Shown in pieces: positions 54,099 to 64,000 of a DNA stretch of 64,000 nt; the first letter of the stretch is position 1; each line of letters starts with the position of its first letter. The stretch is from the human T2T-CHM13v2.0 reference genome, Homo sapiens, in NCBI RefSeq assembly GCF_009914755.1, contig NC_060940.1, one strand, 5' to 3'. The position numbers and the translations under genes are program-made. The notes under the pieces were generated by a model. It did no database searches. It had not been told where the DNA came from and worked only from the letters and a program-made list of their open reading frames with translations.

Positions 54099-55369
54099 CT
54101 CACTCATAAGCATTTGTCTCTGCTGATTATTCCTTCATCTTCCAACCCAGGGGCACAGGGGAGGGGGCAGGGAGGAGCCCAGGGTCTCCACACACGCACT
54201 TGCTGCAAGACATAACTCTTCATTTCAAACCCCACAGTGCCGTTTGTCCTACATGAGAAAGGAGAGTTGAAAAGGGATACAGTGCAAAAGATGTCAAACC
54301 CAAGATAAATGTTTCCTCAGATGCAATGACTTCCAGAGATTTGGAGTCGTAAGTTTTTGAAAAATGGACACATGAGGAACAAAGGTTGAGTTTTCTGAAA
54401 TCATTGATAACCCCCAAGACAACACCCAGCTTTCTCCCATGATTATAAATGGGGGGATTTGAAATGGAACTTCTATTGTGTGGCTTTCAAAGCCCACGAT
54501 GGCCCAGGAGTAGTGAATCATTTCTAAGGTAAAGCACTTCCTCTGAACTCAGGGGAAGCAGAAGTAGGCAGATAAGAAATGGTAATGCAGGAGGCAGATT
54601 TATGAACAACCTGAAATGTGAACATTTTTTTTCATATTCCATAAGATGGACCAGTCCTGTGGCCCATGTGGGAGTATAAGATTAAACACCAAAAATAAAA
54701 TGTCTTAGCATTTCCCAAATTCACACAGGCAATGTCACATAGGCCCCTCCCCAGTAAACAATAGACATGATGTAAAATGCAGATTCTTTTGTCTGGCAAT
54801 GAACATAAGCAGATGAACATTTGTTCATTCTTTCAACAATTGCTTCCTGAGTGACTGTCATATGCTGGGCTCTGTCCCAGGTGCTGAAAATAAATATCTC
54901 GAGTAGGGTTTACAGATTAGGTGGATACCAAACTCTGAATAATTAAATCATAGCTCTACAAAGGAATTCAGGGCAGTCATTTATGCAGACAGAAGAATGG
55001 AAAGGGAGATAGAGGAAAGTGCATCTTGTGTATTTCTATCAGGTGTTATCTAATGAATTCCTCACAGCATCCTTTCAAGATGGTGTCTTTCCTGCAAACC
55101 ATTATTATTAATCTCATTGTTACCATTCTGTGGCAACCCTCAGTGACTGAATTTCTCCTCTTTTGGTCTAGCATATATACCACTAGGAACTATCATTTTG
55201 CTTTTGAGCTCCTCCTATCTAGCTGAAGACAAAGTTATTCAAGGAAGAAGCTAGCTCCCTGCCTTGGAGAAACAGTCTTGAAGAAACCATAGATGTATGA
55301 AAAGACTATTTCCATTAACAAAGGGAATAAGATCAGGAAATATTTTTGATCTTACTATATGACCTAAGC

Positions 55370-55870
55370 ATATATCCCAGAGAAATTTTTTAAAAAGTAC
55401 TCAAACAAATACTTGTACATGAATGATCCTGGTAGCTCTATTCACAATAGCCAAAAGATGGAAAGAGCTCAAATGTCCATAAATGGAAGACTGGATAAAT
55501 ACATTGTGGTATAATACATACATACAATTAACTATTACTTAGCCATAAGAAACTAATATATGCTACAATGGGGATGAACCTCAAAAGTATTATAAGTGTA
55601 AGAAGACATAAAAGGTGTATAATTCCATGTATATGAAATATCCAGAATAGGTATATCCACAAATGCAGAAAGCAGGTTGGTAGTACCCCTTTCTGGGGAA
55701 AGAGAAAAATGAAGAGTAACTGTTTAATGGGTACAGGTTTTTATTTGGGGGTGATGAAGCTATTTTGGAAAAAGGCAGAGGTGGTCATATAACACTGTGA
55801 AGGTACTAAATGCCACTAATTTGTTCACCTTAAAATGATCAATTTTGTCATGTGAATTTAACCTCTATAA
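55370..55870 (+). mobile_element. L1MB-like 3' fragment
   Basis: TATTCACAATAGCCAAAAGATGGAAA and AAATATCCAGAATAGG. Confidence 0.8.
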
Positions 55871-57510
55871 CACAGGGTACTTCAAAAAATAGACCTTCAA
55901 TAAATGTTTGTAGAATGAATGAACAATAAACAAAGGAATGTATGTGGTCTTGGCAAACGGCTCATACTGAAAGGTGGTCTATGAAAAGAGACTTTGTAAG
56001 TGGAGATGGTGTTGACCAGCAGAGTCTAAAATGATTCTTAGTGGCCTTGGCTCGGTTTTATTATTCTGTTCATGGAGAACAGGAATCAGAGCCTAGGGTT
56101 CTATCCAGGAGGAAAAAAATCTTCCTGTCTTGGAATTTTCAGAACCTAGTGTCTTCCTACATAGCAAAAGACATTTCTGGCTGCCAGGAGGGAGTAAAGC
56201 CAGTGGGAGTTAGTCCCATCTGCCTGCAGAGAGGCAGAAACATTATCTGTCTAAATTCTTCTTCATCAGAAAGTCTTATGGCTGGGGGCGCTTCCCAGCT
56301 CTCATTGTGACCTAGCCTTAGGACCACATTAAAGAGCACTACCATGCCGCAGAGAGGGGGTTGGAGGGAGGAGACTGGCTGCCAGACTGAAACTAAATTA
56401 AAAATAAAGCTCCCCTTATTAAATTCATAATTATTGTGAAGCTGTGAAATCTTATTTTAAACCTCTGGCTCCTTTCTTTGTCCAGAGTAGAGGCTGCCTG
56501 CTTCTGAATCCCTATTTTGCTTTATGGACAATTTCTTTTTAGCATTCTGAGCATTTAACCTTGAAAAATAGTGTTGTTTTGCTGCTGTATTTTCTGATTG
56601 TTAGTCTCCAGGCATCTCCATGGCATCTTTATAAATCTGCAGGAGCTGGTAAATATTTCTTGCCGACCAGCCGCTGAAATCTGAAAATACCAGCTCACTT
56701 TTTAGCTGTCAGGCAATTAATGTAATTCAAAGGAAATGAAAGGTGTGGGCAACTGGGACTGCTTTTAATAACAGGAGGGTTCCTGGCTCAGGCTTAGAAA
56801 CACAAGAGAGAAGAATCAATAAAAGACTAACAGAAAGGGTAGAAGAGGGCGTGGAGTTCTCTAGAAACATTTTGTCAGCATCCTGGCAATGCTGCAAATC
56901 TGTGCCAAGAGAAACTGATAAATGCAGCTACTGATGATCGACTTGGAGATGAGTCAAACTTCGAGGCCTGGGCCAGGGCATCCACTGGCCTAAAGGGTGC
57001 CTTTGTGTAAAATGGGAAACGATACCCCATCTGGGTAGCTGAATTAGGAGAAAGTGCTCCCTGAGTATAGATGCAGCCCCACGCCAAGGCACACAGCTTG
57101 GTGGGCAGAGTGCTACTGGATTTCAGCCTTCTTCCTCCAAATTTATTCTTATGGCCAGCAGCCTTCGTGCAGCGTACAAACTGAACATCGCTATCCAGAT
57201 CAATTCCCACTTCCCTGTTTCTTGGATAATATTGGTTTTCCATTCTTCCCTGCTAAGTCAGGAATCAACTACATTGGCTTTGGACCCCAAAGGTGATTTA
57301 AGTGTAGTTGGATTCATAGGAGGAGTTAGACTATGGAGAAGGAGGAGGAGCTCTCACATATGGCAATGCTATTTTGTTTCTCAAAGACAACAGGCTAGAA
57401 GAGGAAAAAGTCTTTCCTTCTAGTGAGGTATAGACTAGTCACTAAAGAAATACAATTTTCCAAGCATGGGAATGATAATTCTATCAATATCTGCCACCTT
57501 TCATATACTT

Positions 57511-57948
<438 letters not shown>

Positions 57949-58511
57949 AGTCCCATAGGCAGTGCATCGGGGGAGGCCTACAGAGTATATTAGGGTACAT
58001 GGATGAACCTACTTCCCAAGAGAAAGCAAGATTTCAAAACCCAGTTGATCAAAATAAATACAAAATCATCAAATGTATTTTGATATATCAATAAATGTTT
58101 AGCAAACAAAAAGTCCATCTATAATCATATTTTTAAATCAAATATCCAGGAGTAAATCTAGCAAAATATGTGCAAGACTGCTTCATGGAAAACTCTAAGA
58201 TATTTTTGATAAAAATGTTTAAACACCTAAGTAAATGAAGGGATAAACCAAGGTCCTGGACTGGGGGACTCCGACTCCATGCTGTAGTAGCACTGTAGTA
58301 ATATTAATTGTCTGCAAACTGATCTACAGATTTAATACAACTCCAGTCAAATTCCCAGCCTGTGCTGTTTGTTTGTTTTGGAAATTAGAAGCCGATTTTT
58401 AAATTTATATGTAAAGGCAGAGTCAAGACTAGCCAAGACAATCTTAGAGAATGACAACGTAGAAGGAAACGCTCTACCAGGTATTAAGACTTATTACAAT
58501 GATAGACATTA

Positions 58512-58849
<338 letters not shown>

Positions 58850-59284
58850 AGTGGTGTTGGCTTGAAAACAAACAATGGAAGATAATTGAGTCCAGAAATA
58901 GACCTTTGCATCTATTAACATGTGATTTATGATAAAATGGCAGAACAGTGAAGAAATAAGTCTTTTCAATAAAATGGTGCTGGGTCAACTGGATAAAACA
59001 TGGTAAAAAAACAAAACTTGAGCCCTTCTTCACATCATACCTAAAAACAAATCCCAAATGGTATGTAGGTTTAGATGTAGAAGGTAAAACAAGCTTCCAG
59101 ATGATAACATCAGAGTGTATCTATCTTCATTACTTTAAGGAGGAAAAGATTTCTTGGACAAGCCACAGAGAGTACTAATCATAAAGCAAACAACTGATAA
59201 ACTTTTAATTTTAAAATTAAACTTTTGAAATTAAGAACATTTGTGTATTAAAAAAAAAAACCACACTATTACAAAAGTGAAAAG

Positions 59285-59593
59285 GGCCGGGCATGGTGAC
59301 TCACGCCTGTAATCCCAGCTACTTGGGAGGCTGAAGCAAGAGTATTGTTTGAGGCCAGGAGTTTAAGGCCAGCCTAGGAAACATAGCAAGACCCCCATCT
59401 CTACAAAAATAAAAATTAAAAACTAGCCAGGTGCGGTGGCACATACCTGTAGTCCCAGCTACTCAGGAGGCTGAGTTGGGAGGATTGCTTGAGCCCAGGA
59501 GTTCAAGGTTGCAGTAAGCTATAATCACACCACTGCATTCTGGCCTAGATGACAAAGCAAGACCCCCTTCTCTTATTTAAAAAAAAAAAAAAA
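59285..59593 (+). mobile_element. AluJ
   Basis: TSD AAAAGTGAAAAGG. Confidence 0.92.
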
Positions 59594-60899
59594 GTGAAAA
59601 GGTAAGCCTTATAGTGGGAAGAGATAATTGCAACATGTAAATGAAAAGGGATTCATACCAGATTACAAAATAATTTCTAAATCAAAACAAAAAACTACAG
59701 AAAAATGAAAAAAAGACTTGAACAGACAACAGATACTTCACAAAACAAGGATACCTAAATTGCCAGTAGGCAGATAAAAAGGTGTTCAACCTCATTAGTC
59801 TTTGGCAAATGCAAGATAAAATCATTATCAGATGCCACTACATACCCACTAGAATGGCTAAAATTTTAAAAAGACTAACACTATCAAGCACTGAGAGCAA
59901 TGTAGAGGAACTAGAACTCCCATTATGCTTCTAGTGGGAGTTTAACACAAGCACTTTAGAAAACTGTTTAGCAGCATCTACTACATTTGAACATATGCTA
60001 ATTCTATGACTCAGAAATTTATATTCTAGATGTATGTCCAACTATATTTACATATAGCCAAAAATTAAATATAAATTTTTTCATAGCAACACTTTAAATA
60101 ATAGTCAAAACACTGGAAATAACATAAATATACAACAATAAAATGAATAAATAAATGGTAGTATAGTCACATGATGGAATACTACACAGCAATGAAAACT
60201 GACTATGGCTACATGCAAATACCTGGACGAATCTCATAACCATGTACAAAATAAGCAAAGACAAGTTGATTCATATTTCTTGATTCCATTTATATTGTTT
60301 TTAAAGTGGTAAAAACTAGTATCTGTGTTAAAACTCAGCATAGAAGTTACTTTTTGAGAAAAGAGGACACTATGGCATTTTTGAGATGCTGGTTATGCAA
60401 GCATGTTCACATTGTGATAATATATTGAGCCATATCCTTATAGCTTGTGCACTTTTCTTTAAATAGATTATATTTTACTTAAGTATTTTTTAAAAAGATT
60501 TTTAAACCCATTTCAAAGGCCATATCTGGGAAGCCTTCCCAGAACATGCAGATAGATTTAATTACTCCCTCATTGATATCTTGGACTTATTTAGGTTGTT
60601 ATACTTCGAACAGTCTATTATAATTTGTGTTCTTCCATGCAGTTCTTCCCTGTTACACATGAAATTCTTGAGTTAAGAGCAATATGGATATTTATTGGGA
60701 TGTTTGGTTGCCATTGTTTGTTTGCATTGTTTTTTGCCCACAGCATCATATGTTTTCCCATTCTAACAGAGCCCTAGTTTTTCTTTGAGAATTCATTCTT
60801 CTACATATAAGGTCTGTGTGATTTGAGTGAGGCTCCATTCCTAGTCACACAGGTAGAGGAGGTGACCCAGGTCCAAGACAATCACTGTGTATCACATGA

Positions 60900-61309
60900 T
60901 ATATTAGTCTATTCTCACACTGCTACAAATGAATACCTGAGACTAGCTAATTTATAAAGAAAAGAAGTTTAATTGGCTCACAGTTCTGCAGGCTGTACAG
61001 GAAGCATAGCAGCTTCTGCTTCTTGGGAAACCTCAGGAAACATTCAATCATGGCGGAAGGGGAAGGGGAAGCTGGTATGTCTTATGTGGCTAGATATAGA
61101 GAAAAGATGGGAAGGTGCCACACAATTTTAAATGACCAGATCTCATAATAACTCACTCACTCTCATGAGAGAAGCACCAAGGAGATGGTACTAAATGATT
61201 ATGAAGGACCATCCCCATGATCCCATCCCCTTACACTTGGCCCCACCTCCAACATTGGGATTACAATTGAACATGAGATTTGGGTGGCGCACAGATCCAA
61301 ACCATATCA
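60900..61309 (-). mobile_element. MSTA-like MaLR solo LTR nested in an older MLT1-like LTR (~60700-61560)
   Basis: Perfect TSD CATGA at 60895-60899 and 61310-61314; CAGTTCTGCAGGCTGTACAGGAAGCAT. Confidence 0.88.
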
Positions 61310-61554
61310 CATGACCTAAACTGATCTAATCAGACTGAAATTCATTCTGGATTAGAATCAATTTCAGGATTTTTGTGGAAAATACCAAGCCACAGATGCT
61401 CATCTTTTACTGAGCATGAAACTGAAAAATGAGGTTTCAGGAGCTACTGTCAGACACCTTGAAACCATGAGAAAGAGTCTTCCTGAAAATGGAGCCAACA
61501 CTGAGGAAAAGTCAGGATAGAAAGCCCCGAAGGAAACCCATGCTTGTTTGGTCA

Positions 61555-62340
<786 letters not shown>

Positions 62341-62397
62341 ATCTAATGTTATGTTATTTTATGTCTCTGGAGCTCTATGTTCATTTACATGTTTTAG

Positions 62398-62759
62398 ATT
62401 TTTTTTAACAAGTTCGACTTTTATTTTAGATTCAGGGGGTATATGTGCAAGTTTGTTACATGGGTATCTTGTTTAATGCTGAGGTTTAGGGTACAGCTGA
62501 TCCCGTCACCAAGGTAGTAAGCATAGTACCCAATAGTTTTTCAACACTCACCTTCCTCCCTCCCCCACCCAGTAGTCCCCAGTGTTTATTGTTGCCATCT
62601 TTATGTCCATGACTACCCAATGTTTAGTTCTTACATATGAGTGAGAACATGTGGTATTTGGTCTTCTGTTCCTGCATTAATTTGCTTAGAGTAATGGCCT
62701 TCAGCCACATCCACGTTGTTGCAAAGGACATGATTTCATTCTTTTTTATGGCTGTGTAG
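62398..62759 (-). mobile_element. L1PA16-like 3' fragment
   Basis: TTAGATTCAGGGGGTATATGTGCA...GCAAAGGACATGATTTCATTC (antisense 3'UTR). Confidence 0.85.
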
Positions 62760-62855
62760 GTTTTTTTAAAATAAGCCTCAGTTTCTAGTTATTGTTGTTT
62801 CTACTTGCTCAAACAACTTATGAGGGTTCTATCTAAGAATAACATTTATCCCCTG

Positions 62856-64000
<1,145 letters not shown>

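Overview
Primate (human-like) genomic DNA made almost entirely of interspersed repeats. I recognise no cellular protein-coding gene, RNA gene or CpG island, and almost all listed ORFs are Alu, L1, LTR or microsatellite artefacts. Main contents: (1) a full-length, inactivated L1PA3 (1236-7398) that retains the ~129-bp ZNF93-target 5'UTR segment, sitting in an Alu linker inside a MER20 that also holds an MLT1 LTR containing an AluJ; (2) about 49 Alu elements or fragments, about 16 L1 fragments, MaLR/ERV solo LTRs (including a MER41B with one intact GAS site) and hAT MITEs; (3) a 5'-inverted (twin-primed) L1PA running off the 3' end of the window. The unusual signal is structure that repeat labels do not explain: a ~375-bp ancient inverted duplication (9661-10943), a ~290-bp copy of a neighbouring MLT1 LTR pasted into a younger AluJ, a 21-nt locally templated insertion with a fold-back hairpin in an Alu linker, a fold-back Alu, an Alu-L1 chimera under one target-site duplication (TSD), a polyadenylated orphan insert inside Charlie4a, and a strong + strand bias of L1/Alu insertions. 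Subfamily names come from my recall of consensus sequences and most boundaries are approximate. I found no evidence of a new protein-coding system.
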